From Chloroflexota bacterium (lineage in GTDB: Bacteria > Chloroflexota > Dehalococcoidia > Lucifugimonadales > UBA3495): 64,000 nt of DNA. How positions within the stretch are numbered: position 1 is the stretch's first letter; each line of letters starts with the position of its first letter. A program made the position numbers and the translations under genes. Shown in pieces: positions 39,218-48,764 of this stretch. Location: positions 12,746-76,745 of the forward strand of contig JAQBVF010000019.1 of the NCBI GenBank assembly GCA_027623675.1, in the 5' to 3' direction. The notes under the pieces were generated by a model. The model was not told where the DNA came from and did not search any database. It saw nothing but the letters and a program-made list of their open reading frames with translations.

Positions 39218-40024
39218 ATCGAAGAGAGCCGCTTGAGAGACCTTCTGGCCCGGTTCAAGGAGAACGGCATGAGCGTGGACGCTGCCGTGGAGCAGTTACG
39301 CGACCTGCCGTACCAGGACATCGGGTTCGCCAAGCTGGACCACCACCGCCCGCTGCGCACCGGCTGGCCCGAGGTCATATTCGGCCAGGGCAAGACGCCC
39401 GGACAGGTGGCCAAGATCGTCAGCGCCATGAAGGGGCGCGGCCACCCGGTCTTGGTCACGAAGACTGACCCGGACGCCTACCAGGCAGTGCTGCAAGAGA
39501 CGCCCGAAGCCGAGTTTCACCCGCTGCCCAAGGCCATCGTAGTTCCCGCGCCACGTGAGACGCCACTGCAACCTGGAATCGTGGTGGTGACCGCCGGGAC
39601 CGCGGACCTGCCCGTCGCCGAGGAAGCGGCCCTAACGGCGACGCTGATGGGCAATGACGTGACTTTGATCTCCGACGTCGGGGTTGCCGGGCTGCACCGG
39701 CTGCTGGACCAGTTGCCGGCGCTCCAAAAGGCCAGGGTGATCATCGCCGTGGCGGGAATGGACGCCGCTCTGATCGGCGTGGTGGCGGGTCTCGTTTCGG
39801 TCCCGGTGATCGCCGTGCCCACGAGTACCGGTTACGGCGCCAGCTTCGACGGCCTGGCCGCCCTCCTCAGCATGCTTAATAGCTGCGCCCCCGGAGTGGC
39901 GGTGGTCAACATTGACAACGGATTCGGCGCCGGCCATCTGGCCGCCAGCATAGTTGGAGTCAATACCTCCGCCGGCACAGCCGGGCTTAACACCTCCGGT
40001 GGCCAAGATGTTGCCGACGCTTAA
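39218..40024 (+). CDS. larB: NaAD carboxylase/hydrolase LarB (possible ATC start at 39218; TTG 39233 alternative)
   Basis: FAKLDHHR, PEVIFGQGKT, AGTADLPVAEEA, DVGVAGLHRL, PTSTGYGA, VNIDNGFGA. Confidence 0.93.
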   Translation: MEESRLRDLLARFKENGMSVDAAVEQLRDLPYQDIGFAKLDHHRPLRTGWPEVIFGQGKTPGQVAKIVSAMKGRGHPVLVTKTDPDAYQAVLQETPEAEFHPLPKAIVVPAPRETPLQPGIVVVTAGTADLPVAEEAALTATLMGNDVTLISDVGVAGLHRLLDQLPALQKARVIIAVAGMDAALIGVVAGLVSVPVIAVPTSTGYGASFDGLAALLSMLNSCAPGVAVVNIDNGFGAGHLAASIVGVNTSAGTAGLNTSGGQDVADA

Positions 40025-40214
40025 GCACGATTCCGGTGGCGGGAGACCTTTAGGGCGGGTGGATTTTCTCCGTGACTGCTAGATGGGGCTGCCTGGTCCT
40101 TGGACTGGTGTTCACGGTGTTCGTGCTGATGGGCCTGATCTTCGTCCGCGTCGGGGGAGTGCCTCTTTAGGCGAATATTCCTTCATCTTCGGCGCCGCGG
40201 GTCCCGCCTTCCAC

Positions 40215-40583
40215 TCACTCCCCTACCGCGTTCTCCAGGTGGTTTACCTCAAGCAGTTTGCCTCCGGAGTCCAGGTGGATGCTGACCAGGTCGATACGCC
40301 AGGCAGATCGCTCCAGGCCGCGTTTCTGCAGGTAGTCTTGGGCGGTGGCGATCAGGCGGCGGGACTTGGCGGCGGTGACCGATTCCTCCGGCGTGCCGAA
40401 GCCGGAGCCACGACGGGTGCGGACCTCGACGAACACCAGTTCGCCGCCTTGCCGGGCCACGATATCCACCTCGCCCCACCGGCTGCGGTAGTTGGTGTCC
40501 GACACCGTGTAGCCCTGGCCCTCAAGATACCGCCGGGCGTGCGCTTCCCCCCATTGGCCCAACCGTCCCCTGGGCGTGGTCAA
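40215..40583 (-). CDS. yraN: YraN family endonuclease-like protein
   Basis: LGQWGEAHARRYL, NYRSRWGEVDIVA, FVEVRTR. Confidence 0.9.
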   Translation of the reverse strand: MTTPRGRLGQWGEAHARRYLEGQGYTVSDTNYRSRWGEVDIVARQGGELVFVEVRTRRGSGFGTPEESVTAAKSRRLIATAQDYLQKRGLERSAWRIDLVSIHLDSGGKLLEVNHLENAVGE

Positions 40584-40585
40584 AC

Positions 40586-41224
40586 TCAGGGACCGGCCGG
40601 AAACAGCATGCTGGCTTGGGCCACCGGGGCGAAGGAACGGCGGTGGATGGGGCAGGGACCCAACTCTTGCAGCCGCGCGAAATGGGCCTTGGTGGGATAG
40701 CCTTTGTGCTTGGCGAAGGCGTATCCGGGATAGGTCTCTTCGGCCTCGACCATCAGCCGGTCGCGGGTGACCTTGGCCACGTTGGATGCGGCGGCGATGG
40801 AATAGCTGCGGCTGTCCCCTTTGACGATGGTGTCGTAGGTGTAGGGGCACTCGCGCACGTGGATGTAGTCAAGCAGGAGATGGCCCGGCTCCAATCCAAG
40901 CTGCCCCACGGCCAGGAGCATGGCTGCCAGGGCCGCCCGGCCGATGCCCATGACGTCGATATCCTCGGGGCTGACCATGCCGACGCCCACTGCCAGGGCG
41001 TTCTGATGGACGATATCGGCGGCCCGCTCCCGGCGGGTGTGGGACAGTTTCTTGGAGTCGTCCAGAAACTGCAGCCAAGGCTCGGTGCCGGTCAGGTCTG
41101 GTGGGAGTATCACCGCGGCGGCGACCACCGGTCCGGCTAGGGGGCCTCGGCCGGCCTCATCAACCCCGGCAACCAGCCGGATGCCACGGCTGAGAACGCC
41201 CGATTCCAGGGAAAGGTCCGGCAT
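40586..41224 (-). CDS. rnhB: ribonuclease HII
   Basis: GVDEAGRGPLAGPVV, DDSKKL, SIAAAS, KHKGYPT. Confidence 0.96.
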   Translation of the reverse strand: MPDLSLESGVLSRGIRLVAGVDEAGRGPLAGPVVAAAVILPPDLTGTEPWLQFLDDSKKLSHTRRERAADIVHQNALAVGVGMVSPEDIDVMGIGRAALAAMLLAVGQLGLEPGHLLLDYIHVRECPYTYDTIVKGDSRSYSIAAASNVAKVTRDRLMVEAEETYPGYAFAKHKGYPTKAHFARLQELGPCPIHRRSFAPVAQASMLFPAGP

Positions 41225-41251
41225 TGGCCACCTCGCGATCGCTTGAGGATA

Positions 41252-42376
41252 CTAGGTGGTGGCCGCGGGCCGGTTGTCCGGGACTCCGGGTTCGATGATC
41301 CCACCGCCCAACAGCACATCACCTTGATAGAATACCGCAGCCTGGCCCGGAGTTACCGACCTCTGGGGCCGCTTGAACCGGACGATCGCGCCATCGCCGC
41401 AGGGGTGAAGCGCCGCCGCAGCCTCGATGGACGTATAGCGTATCTTGACACCCACATCGATGCCCAGTCCCGGAGGCGCTTCCGGGGCCGCTCCCGATGG
41501 GTAGTGCATTCCGGAGACCCACATCTCGTCCTTGAGCAGGGCGTCTTCCGGGCCGATAACCACCCGCCGGGACTCCGGCTCCAGGCGAATAACAAACCTG
41601 GGCTCGCCCCCGGTCCCGTGTTTCTCTCCGATGCCCAGTCCGCGCCTCTGGCCGATGGTGTAAAACTCGATGCCCTCGTGCCGCCCCACCACCGTGCCGT
41701 CCAACTCGACGATATCGCCGGGGACCGTGGACAAACGCTGTTTGAGGAATGACTTGTAATCGTCCGAAGGAATGAAGCAGATATCTTGGCTGTCGGGCTT
41801 GGCCGCGTTCAGCAATCCGGCGTCCAAGGCCATCTGCCGTATCCGGTCCTTGGGGTATTCGCCCACCGGCATCAGGGTGCGGGCCAGCTCTTCCTGCCCC
41901 ATGCCGAACAGCACGTAGGACTGGTCCTTGGACGGATCAACGGCCTTCTTCAGGACCATTCCATCGGGGCCGCGCTCGATCCGGGCGTAATGGCCGGTGG
42001 CGACGTAATCGGCCTCCAACACGGCGGCCCGTTCCATGAGGTGGCCGAACTTGATCTTATCGTTGCAGGCGATGCAGGGGTGGGGCGTGCGGCCCAGTTG
42101 GTATTCCGACGTGAAGTAGTCGACCACCTGAGACTGGAACTCGCGTTGGGTGTTCAGCACGTAATGGGGGATCCCCAACCGGCGGCAGACCGAGCGCGCA
42201 TCTTCAACATCGTCCAGCGTGCAGCAACCCTGGTAGTTGGGGTCAAGGTCTTCGCCGTCCAGGTTGTACAGCTTGAGGGTGACGCCCACCACGTCGTAGC
42301 CCTGCTCTTTCATCAGCAGAGCGGCTACGGAGGAATCCACTCCTCCACTCATGGCTACGGCCACTTTTTCCGGCAT
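41252..42376 (-). CDS. mnmA: tRNA 2-thiouridylase
   Basis: AMSGGVDSS, TPHPCIACN, ATGHYA, KDQSYVL, DSQDICF, TPGQAAVFY. Confidence 0.97.
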   Translation of the reverse strand: MPEKVAVAMSGGVDSSVAALLMKEQGYDVVGVTLKLYNLDGEDLDPNYQGCCTLDDVEDARSVCRRLGIPHYVLNTQREFQSQVVDYFTSEYQLGRTPHPCIACNDKIKFGHLMERAAVLEADYVATGHYARIERGPDGMVLKKAVDPSKDQSYVLFGMGQEELARTLMPVGEYPKDRIRQMALDAGLLNAAKPDSQDICFIPSDDYKSFLKQRLSTVPGDIVELDGTVVGRHEGIEFYTIGQRRGLGIGEKHGTGGEPRFVIRLEPESRRVVIGPEDALLKDEMWVSGMHYPSGAAPEAPPGLGIDVGVKIRYTSIEAAAALHPCGDGAIVRFKRPQRSVTPGQAAVFYQGDVLLGGGIIEPGVPDNRPAATT

Positions 42377-42566
42377 GAATCTATAACGTCCCGTAATCCC
42401 GGCTAGAGTCTCAGACTAGCATACCCGAAACGGGCCGTACAATCGCCCGCTTCGGAAATGCGTTGATAAATCCGAAACGCCGTTTTGACAGTAGACTATT
42501 AGTGAGGGCGCGGCGTGGTATAACGTTTGAAGCCTTTGGGGCAACCGATTCAGGCACGGACGGCGG

Positions 42567-43406
42567 ATGGCGAATAGAGACCAAAGCGAATTTTCGGGAC
42601 AGCGATATTGCGGCAATTGCGGGGCGGCGGTTGTGCTTGGCTCCGCGGCCTGCGGCAACTGCGGCAGTCGCCTGGAGGTTGAGGGAGACGCCGCCGACCG
42701 TGTGGATGACATTTCCACCGGTTATGTCCCCTACTGCCGTGCCTGCGGGGTGCCGGTGGCCCGGGAAGCCGCGCTTCACTGCACCAAATGCGGGGTAACG
42801 CCGCTGTGCCGAGAGCACTTCTACCCGTCGACCCGTTCCTGCGCCCTATGCCCGCCGTTCGAACTGGAAGGTCCCGGCGGTCAGACCGCAGACACGCCGC
42901 TCGCGCGGCCCAGCGGCCCCTGGGCGCGGCCAAGGGCCACCGTGCCCTGCCCTAAGTGCGGCGCCCGCATCCGCCAGGGTGTTGACTACTGCCCCGATTG
43001 CGGTCACGAGCAGGAGGGTGCGGAAAAAGACGCCGAATACGCCGGATTCATGGTCCGGGCCGGAGCGGCCATCATCGACAGCCTGATCACCGGGATCCCG
43101 GCGGCGATCATCGCCAGCGTCACCGACATCCCGGCCTTCGGCACCATTCTCTCGGTGGTCTATTACGTGTTATTCACCTACCTCAGGGGCCAGACCCCCG
43201 GCAAGATGATTCTGAACATTCATGTTGTGGACGCAGAGGGGCACAAACCTGACCTGAAACAGGTCATCCTGCGTGAGGTGATCGGAAAAGCGATCTCAGC
43301 GCTGGCATTGCTCATGGGGTACCTCTGGATCATCTGGGACCCGAAGAAACGCGGCTGGCACGACTATATCGCCGGCACCTTCGTGGTCAAGAGGCGGCGG
43401 CACTAA
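42567..43406 (+). CDS. RDD family membrane protein with multiple N-terminal zinc ribbons
   Basis: Repeated CxxC pairs; YAGFMVRAGAAIIDS, GQTPGK, GWHDYIAGT. Confidence 0.88.
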   Translation: MANRDQSEFSGQRYCGNCGAAVVLGSAACGNCGSRLEVEGDAADRVDDISTGYVPYCRACGVPVAREAALHCTKCGVTPLCREHFYPSTRSCALCPPFELEGPGGQTADTPLARPSGPWARPRATVPCPKCGARIRQGVDYCPDCGHEQEGAEKDAEYAGFMVRAGAAIIDSLITGIPAAIIASVTDIPAFGTILSVVYYVLFTYLRGQTPGKMILNIHVVDAEGHKPDLKQVILREVIGKAISALALLMGYLWIIWDPKKRGWHDYIAGTFVVKRRRH

Positions 43407-43518
43407 GGCTGGCAACGGCGTCAGAATGCCGCCGGCGCTTGTGTCTGCTACACTGTCCCGCAACTCAAGAGCAGGCAACCCTTACAGGCAACCCTTAGTT
43501 GCCGCATGGAGGCCCTCA

Positions 43519-44469
43519 ATGGCAGTTACATTTGGCACCTCGCTACCCAGCCGGGGCGATATGGCCGGCCCGGAACAACTCCGCAGCGTGGCCCAGCGGG
43601 CCGAGGACCTGGGGTACGACCACGTTTGGGTCAGCGATCACATCGTTCTGCCCCAGAAGGTCGACTCCTTCTACCCCTACGCCGCCGACGGCGTTCCCAC
43701 GTTCAAGCCCAGCGAGCCTTATTACGAGCCATTGGCGGCCCTGAACTTCATCGCGGGCTGCACCCAGCGGGTCCGGCTGGGCACCCACGTGCTGATCATC
43801 CCCTACCGCAACCCGGTGCTCACGGCCAAGATACTGTCCACGCTGGACGTGTTGTCAGGCGGCAGGGTGATACTGGGCGCGGGCGTCGGCTGGATGGAAG
43901 AGGAATTTCAGGCCATGGGGCTGGACACCTTCAAGGAGCGCGGGGCGGTCACCGACGAGTACCTACAGCTATACAAAGAGCTCTGGACCAAGGACAACCC
44001 GTCGTTCCAGGGCAAGTATTACCAGATATCGGACAGCGGTTTCGAGCCCAAGCCGGCGCAGAAGCCCCACCCGCCCATCTGGATCGGCGGCCACACCGGC
44101 CCGGCCATCCGCAGGGCTGCCAAGTACGGGGACGGTTGGATGCCCATCGGCCTACGCCCGCCGGCCATTCTGGAACCGGAGGAACTGGCGGGCAAGATCG
44201 CCCGCCTGCGGAAACTGACCGTGGCAGCGGGACGGCCGGAAGACGCGGTGTCCCTGACCTTCAGCACCGGGGTGGCCTTCAACGACTCGGCCGGCAGTAC
44301 CCGTCCCATGATGCAGGGGCGGCCCGAGCAGATAGCCGCCGACCTGCGCCAGTATCAGGACCTGGGAGTAGCCAATTTCATCATCAACTTCCAGGGCGGC
44401 ACGGTGCCAGAGTTACAGGAAAACATGGAGCGGTTCTCCCGCGAGGTCATGTCCCTGATCCCGGACTGA
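43519..44469 (+). CDS. LLM-class F420-dependent oxidoreductase
   Basis: WVSDHI, GRVILGAGVGWMEEEF, PKPAQKPHPPIWIGG. Confidence 0.92.
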   Translation: MAVTFGTSLPSRGDMAGPEQLRSVAQRAEDLGYDHVWVSDHIVLPQKVDSFYPYAADGVPTFKPSEPYYEPLAALNFIAGCTQRVRLGTHVLIIPYRNPVLTAKILSTLDVLSGGRVILGAGVGWMEEEFQAMGLDTFKERGAVTDEYLQLYKELWTKDNPSFQGKYYQISDSGFEPKPAQKPHPPIWIGGHTGPAIRRAAKYGDGWMPIGLRPPAILEPEELAGKIARLRKLTVAAGRPEDAVSLTFSTGVAFNDSAGSTRPMMQGRPEQIAADLRQYQDLGVANFIINFQGGTVPELQENMERFSREVMSLIPD

Positions 44470-44618
44470 CCCGGCACGGTTCGTTGGGCATGTAGCAACG
44501 CAAAAAGGGGGCGTCCTGACACCGCCCTCCGCCAAGGCAAGCGCGGCGGTGCACCACCCGTCAGGCACATCAAAGATGCCCAAAAGATGCCCGCCACGCC
44601 ACTGTCTACGAGGGCTTC

Positions 44619-45473
44619 CTAAGCGACGGGCGCCTCGGTTACCCCGTATTTCTTCTCCAGTTCGTAGACGGCGTCCAGGCCCAGGAGACCGGCCACATCC
44701 CAACGGGTGCCGTAGCGCTCCGGGTCGACCGCACCGTTCTCCATCAACTCGGTGAACGACTCCTTGAGCTGTTTGTAGATCAGCCAGATGGTGCTGCCGC
44801 AGATCATGACCTTGTAGCCAAGGGCGTCCATCTCCTTGGTGTTGGCCAGGTCGCCGTTGTACATGCGGGGCAGGTCCGCCATGTCCCGGGCGTAATTCTC
44901 GATATCCTCGCGGCTCTTGATGCCGTCGACGAAAACCAGGTCCGCGCCTGCCTCGATATAGGCGTGGCACCGCTGGATGGTATCCTCCCAGCCGGTCACG
45001 GCGTAGGCGTCGCAGCGGGCGATCACGACAAAGTCGGGGTCCACCCGGGCGTCCAGTGCAGCCTTGATCTTCTGCACCGCTTCGGCTTGGGGAATCACCT
45101 GCTTCCCGGCGAAGAAACCGCATTTCTTGGGGAACAACTGGTCTTCGATATGGACCCCGGCCACCCCGGCGGACTCGTACTCGCGGATGGTCCGCTGCAC
45201 GTTCAGCGGGTTGCCGTATCCGGTGTCGGCGTCGCAGATGACCGGGATGTCCACCGCTCCGGCGATGTACTTGGCGTTGGCCACCATCTCAGTCATGGTC
45301 AGCAGTCCCACATCGGGGAAGCCGCGCTCGGCGGAGGTCCCGGCGCCGGTCATGTAGACGGCCGGCAGTCCCACCGACTCGGCGATCTTGGCATGGAAAG
45401 CGTTGAGCACGAATGGCGCCACGGTCAGCCGGTCCGAACTCAGCAATTGGCGTAATTTGGCAGTGGTTTTCAT
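44619..45473 (-). CDS. isocitrate lyase / PEP mutase family (PrpB/OAH-like)
   Basis: DADTGYG, HIEDQLFPKKCGF, IARCDA. Confidence 0.9.
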   Translation of the reverse strand: MKTTAKLRQLLSSDRLTVAPFVLNAFHAKIAESVGLPAVYMTGAGTSAERGFPDVGLLTMTEMVANAKYIAGAVDIPVICDADTGYGNPLNVQRTIREYESAGVAGVHIEDQLFPKKCGFFAGKQVIPQAEAVQKIKAALDARVDPDFVVIARCDAYAVTGWEDTIQRCHAYIEAGADLVFVDGIKSREDIENYARDMADLPRMYNGDLANTKEMDALGYKVMICGSTIWLIYKQLKESFTELMENGAVDPERYGTRWDVAGLLGLDAVYELEKKYGVTEAPVA

Positions 45474-45679
45474 CGGTTTGTCTCCTCTAAATCGGGGCGG
45501 TGCCCAGGCAGTCCCCAGGTTTGCAAGCATGATAACCCAGGGCCTGCTTGACCGCCACCGGGGACCCCGGCGGCCGACGATTCCGTCCGGGCGGCAAACC
45601 CTGGAGCCTGGTAACTCTGACGCCTGGTAAAATGAAAGCGGCGTCACAAGATCTAGGGCCAACGGGATTGGAGAACGAC

Positions 45680-46285
45680 ATGAATGACGTATACCCAGTA
45701 TCCCTGAGCGGTGAGCTTGATCCGCACCTGAGCCGGTGGCTCTGGCTGGTTAAGTGGCTCCTGGCCATCCCCCATTTCATCATCCTGGTCTTCTTGTGGG
45801 TCGCCTCCGTCTTCCTGTGGCTGGTAGCGTTATTCGCCATCACCTTCACAGGCAAGTACCCCAGAGGGATATTCGATTTCAATCTGGGGGTGATGCGGTG
45901 GACGTGGCGGGTGAGCTACTACACCTACGGCGCCCTGGGGACCGACAAGTATCCACCCTTCACCCTGAAGGACGCCGACTACCCGGCCAGGCTCGATGTG
46001 GAATACCCGGAGCAACTTTCCCGCGGCCTGGTGTGGGTCAAGTGGTGGCTGCTGGCGATACCCCATTACATCGTGGTGAGTTTCTTGCAGGGCGGCCCCG
46101 GACTGCGGAACGGCGGACTGACCTTCGTGCTGGTCATTTTTGCGGCTATCACCCTCCTGTTCACCGGACGTTATCCGGCCAGCCTCTTCTATCTAGTCAT
46201 GGGGTTTAATCGGTGGGCCCTTCGCGTGTTCGCGTATGCGGCCCTCATGCGGGACGAATACCCGCCGTTCCGCCTGGACCCATAG
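45680..46285 (+). CDS. DUF4389-type membrane protein (two internal repeats)
   Basis: Twice LSRxLxxVKW..LAIPH..FTGxYP..YPPF. Confidence 0.8.
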   Translation: MNDVYPVSLSGELDPHLSRWLWLVKWLLAIPHFIILVFLWVASVFLWLVALFAITFTGKYPRGIFDFNLGVMRWTWRVSYYTYGALGTDKYPPFTLKDADYPARLDVEYPEQLSRGLVWVKWWLLAIPHYIVVSFLQGGPGLRNGGLTFVLVIFAAITLLFTGRYPASLFYLVMGFNRWALRVFAYAALMRDEYPPFRLDP

Positions 46286-46672
46286 ACGAACATATCCGGC
46301 CGGGGCTACAGCTTAGTTATTCGGCTGATCCTGACGTCCTCAGTGCCGCAACGTGGGACGCTGCCCGGCGGTTACCAGGCAGCTCGATCTTTGACCAACG
46401 GGCCGGTGTGCTTTTGAACGTCGACTCATTCGGCGCTTTCATACCTTCCTCCGTGCCAGACATCTCAAGGGTTGACGATGGGGTATTCCGGGAAGGGTTC
46501 GGCCAGGTCAACCGCCCGAACCATCCCTGGTTTTCCCTGGCGGACCCGGCGTGGCCAAGTCCTCTACCAACGCCGCGTTAGCCCCCTGCGCTCGCCTCTT
46601 TTTCCCAATCCGACAGCGCCGTTGCACTTATGCAATAAGCTGGGCAAGACGACGTGAATGACACCGCGTTTC

Positions 46673-46710
46673 GTTACAGATTGTTTACTCTTTCGTAACC
46701 GGCAGGAAAT
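46673..46710 (+). promoter_or_regulatory. GlnR-like phased binding boxes
   Basis: GTTAC-n6-TTTAC-n6-GTAAC-n6-GAAAT. Confidence 0.55.
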
Positions 46711-46821
46711 ACCGGCAAGGCAACATGGACTGGCAGGCTGCGTATTCCTCGTTTATTAGACGGAACAGGGACAGGGCCGCCCGTTACCCGGCGCCGGCCA
46801 CGTATCACGGAAAACAGGTCC

Positions 46822-47499
46822 ATGAAAACACCATTAAAAGTTCTCACGCTGGGCTCGAATTGGGACCGCCTTGACCAGGCTTTTACCTTTCTGTCCAGCC
46901 AGGGAATCGTGGAGTTTGTTGGACCTGCCGATCGGGGGATCCATGACGCCGTGGCGCTGGAACGACCGTCTGTAATCATGATCAGTCCCGGTTACGATGC
47001 GGCCCGGCAGGCGCTATTGGAGCGGCGACCCGTTTCGCCGGACCGCCTGCCGCCAGTGCTGTTGTGCCTGGACCACGATAGTCTGGAAACCGATGAACTG
47101 TACGAATACGCCGACGATTTTCTGCTGGTCCCAAGCTCTGCCGCCGAGATCCAAAAGCGGCTGGGCCGGTTGGTCCTGGGCAAGCCGCCCGAACTGCCCG
47201 CGCATATGCTGCAACTGGGAACAATCACCCTGGACACACGCATCTACGAGGTCAGGGTAGCGCAGAAGCGGGTGGAACTGGCCTGGATGGAATTTCAGTT
47301 GCTCAGGTTCATGATGGAAAACTCGGGCCGCATATTCACCCGCGACGAGTTGTTGACCAACGTCTGGAGCGTGGACACCTTCGGCGGCACCCGGACCGTT
47401 GATGTCCACATCCGCAGGCTCCGGCAAAAGCTGGGGTTACACGGCAACACCTACATCAGAACGGTGGCCAACGTCGGCTACGGCCTGGTCGACGTCTAA
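46822..47499 (+). CDS. OmpR-type winged-helix regulator with atypical receiver (GlnR-like)
   Basis: EFQLLRFM..GRIFTRDELLTNVW..GGTRTVDVHIRRLRQKLG..TVANVGY; no canonical acidic pocket. Confidence 0.8.
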   Translation: MKTPLKVLTLGSNWDRLDQAFTFLSSQGIVEFVGPADRGIHDAVALERPSVIMISPGYDAARQALLERRPVSPDRLPPVLLCLDHDSLETDELYEYADDFLLVPSSAAEIQKRLGRLVLGKPPELPAHMLQLGTITLDTRIYEVRVAQKRVELAWMEFQLLRFMMENSGRIFTRDELLTNVWSVDTFGGTRTVDVHIRRLRQKLGLHGNTYIRTVANVGYGLVDV

Positions 47500-47603
47500 C
47501 GCCTCCCCCGCCCGTTTTCAGCACTATCCCCGGCCTATTTCAGAACCGCCCCCGGCTGCCCGCGCCACCGGCATCCCGCCCAGCCTCTCCCTAACCCAGT
47601 CAC

Positions 47604-47663
47604 GTTACATGGCGTTTACATAGGGTTTCCCGACCGGTAACCCAACGGTCATCGTTTCGTAAA
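47604..47663 (+). promoter_or_regulatory. GlnR-like phased binding boxes upstream of the nitrogen operon
   Basis: Six 5-mers at 11-bp period: GTTAC, TTTAC, TTTCC, GTAAC, GTCAT, GTAAA. Confidence 0.55.
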
Positions 47664-47733
47664 ACCCTTCGTGCATCCTGTTGATTGCGGCCCACCTAGT
47701 CGGGCGGCAGCGCACCCAGCATGGAGGTCCATC

Positions 47734-48090
47734 TTGAAAGAGGTCATCGCGTTCATCAGGCCAGACAAGTGGCAGGACACCCGTGAGGTTGCCTGCGCCT
47801 TGGGGGCCGAGGAGATCATGCATTGGCGGGTCCTGGGCCGGGGCCGCCAGCGCGGCCTGCGTTATCTGAGGCCTCTGACCGGCGGTGAAGAATGGGGCAT
47901 GCAGTTCCTGCCCAAGTGGATGGCCAGTTGGCTCATCGACAGCAGCCAGGTCGACGCTTTCGTATCCGCCATCATCCAGGCCAACAACACCAACAACTAC
48001 GGGGACGGCAAGATATTCGTCTGCCCGGTGGACGAAGAATCGGACGCGGCCCCGGCGGTTAAAACCCTCGACGCCCAAACGCGCCTTTAA
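47734..48090 (+). CDS. PII family protein, NifI2-like
   Basis: GGAGG + TTG; MKEVIAFIRP..VLGRGRQRG..FLPK..NNYGDGKIFVCPV. Confidence 0.85.
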   Translation: MKEVIAFIRPDKWQDTREVACALGAEEIMHWRVLGRGRQRGLRYLRPLTGGEEWGMQFLPKWMASWLIDSSQVDAFVSAIIQANNTNNYGDGKIFVCPVDEESDAAPAVKTLDAQTRL

Positions 48091-48116
48091 CGAAACGGGA
48101 TTGGATGGGATGCACC

Positions 48117-48764
48117 ATGAAACGTGAAGGGATCAACTACCCCAAATTCAAGGACCAATTCGCCCTGATGGACTTTGAAGCTGAACCATTGCCGGCGCTC
48201 TCCCTGTACCCGGTGCCCGAAGCATGCGACCTGAGCGATTGGACGTTAACGCTAACCGGGTTGGTGGGCGAACGCCGCACCATCGGCAGGGAAGACCTGC
48301 GCAAGCTGCCCAGGGTCCGCGAGAAGTCCCCCCTGGTCTGCCAGATCTTCAACTGGTCGGAGGAACCCGAGGTCGAGGGCGTTCGGTTGGTCGACCTACT
48401 GAAAGTGACCGGCATTGACGCGTCGGATGATGGCTACTTCGCCTTCTATTCCGCCGACGGTTTCTACTTCGAGGGCCTGCCCAGGGCCATCGCCAGGGAC
48501 CCCAGGACTCTCCTGGTCTTCGGCTTGGACGGCAAACCCCTGCCCACGGAATTTGGCGGGCCGCTGCGTCTGTGGGTGCCCTTCTTGCAAGGTTACAAGA
48601 GCGTGAAATGGGTCAATACCATACGAGCATTCAGGAAGGACCCGGTGGGCATAAAGCGGCTGCTGGGCCAGAGCCGCACCTCGACCTTGGGCGCCGTGGG
48701 GCAAGACCGGGCCGGCGTGATCGTTGCCAGGCCCAACAACGGGGAGGCCAGCGTTGAGATCTAG
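48117..48764 (+). CDS. molybdopterin-dependent oxidoreductase, sulfite oxidase/MsrP family, no export signal
   Basis: WTLTLTGLV, LVCQIFNWS (Mo-ligand Cys), GGPLRLWVPFLQGYKSVKWV. Confidence 0.85.
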   Translation: MKREGINYPKFKDQFALMDFEAEPLPALSLYPVPEACDLSDWTLTLTGLVGERRTIGREDLRKLPRVREKSPLVCQIFNWSEEPEVEGVRLVDLLKVTGIDASDDGYFAFYSADGFYFEGLPRAIARDPRTLLVFGLDGKPLPTEFGGPLRLWVPFLQGYKSVKWVNTIRAFRKDPVGIKRLLGQSRTSTLGAVGQDRAGVIVARPNNGEASVEI

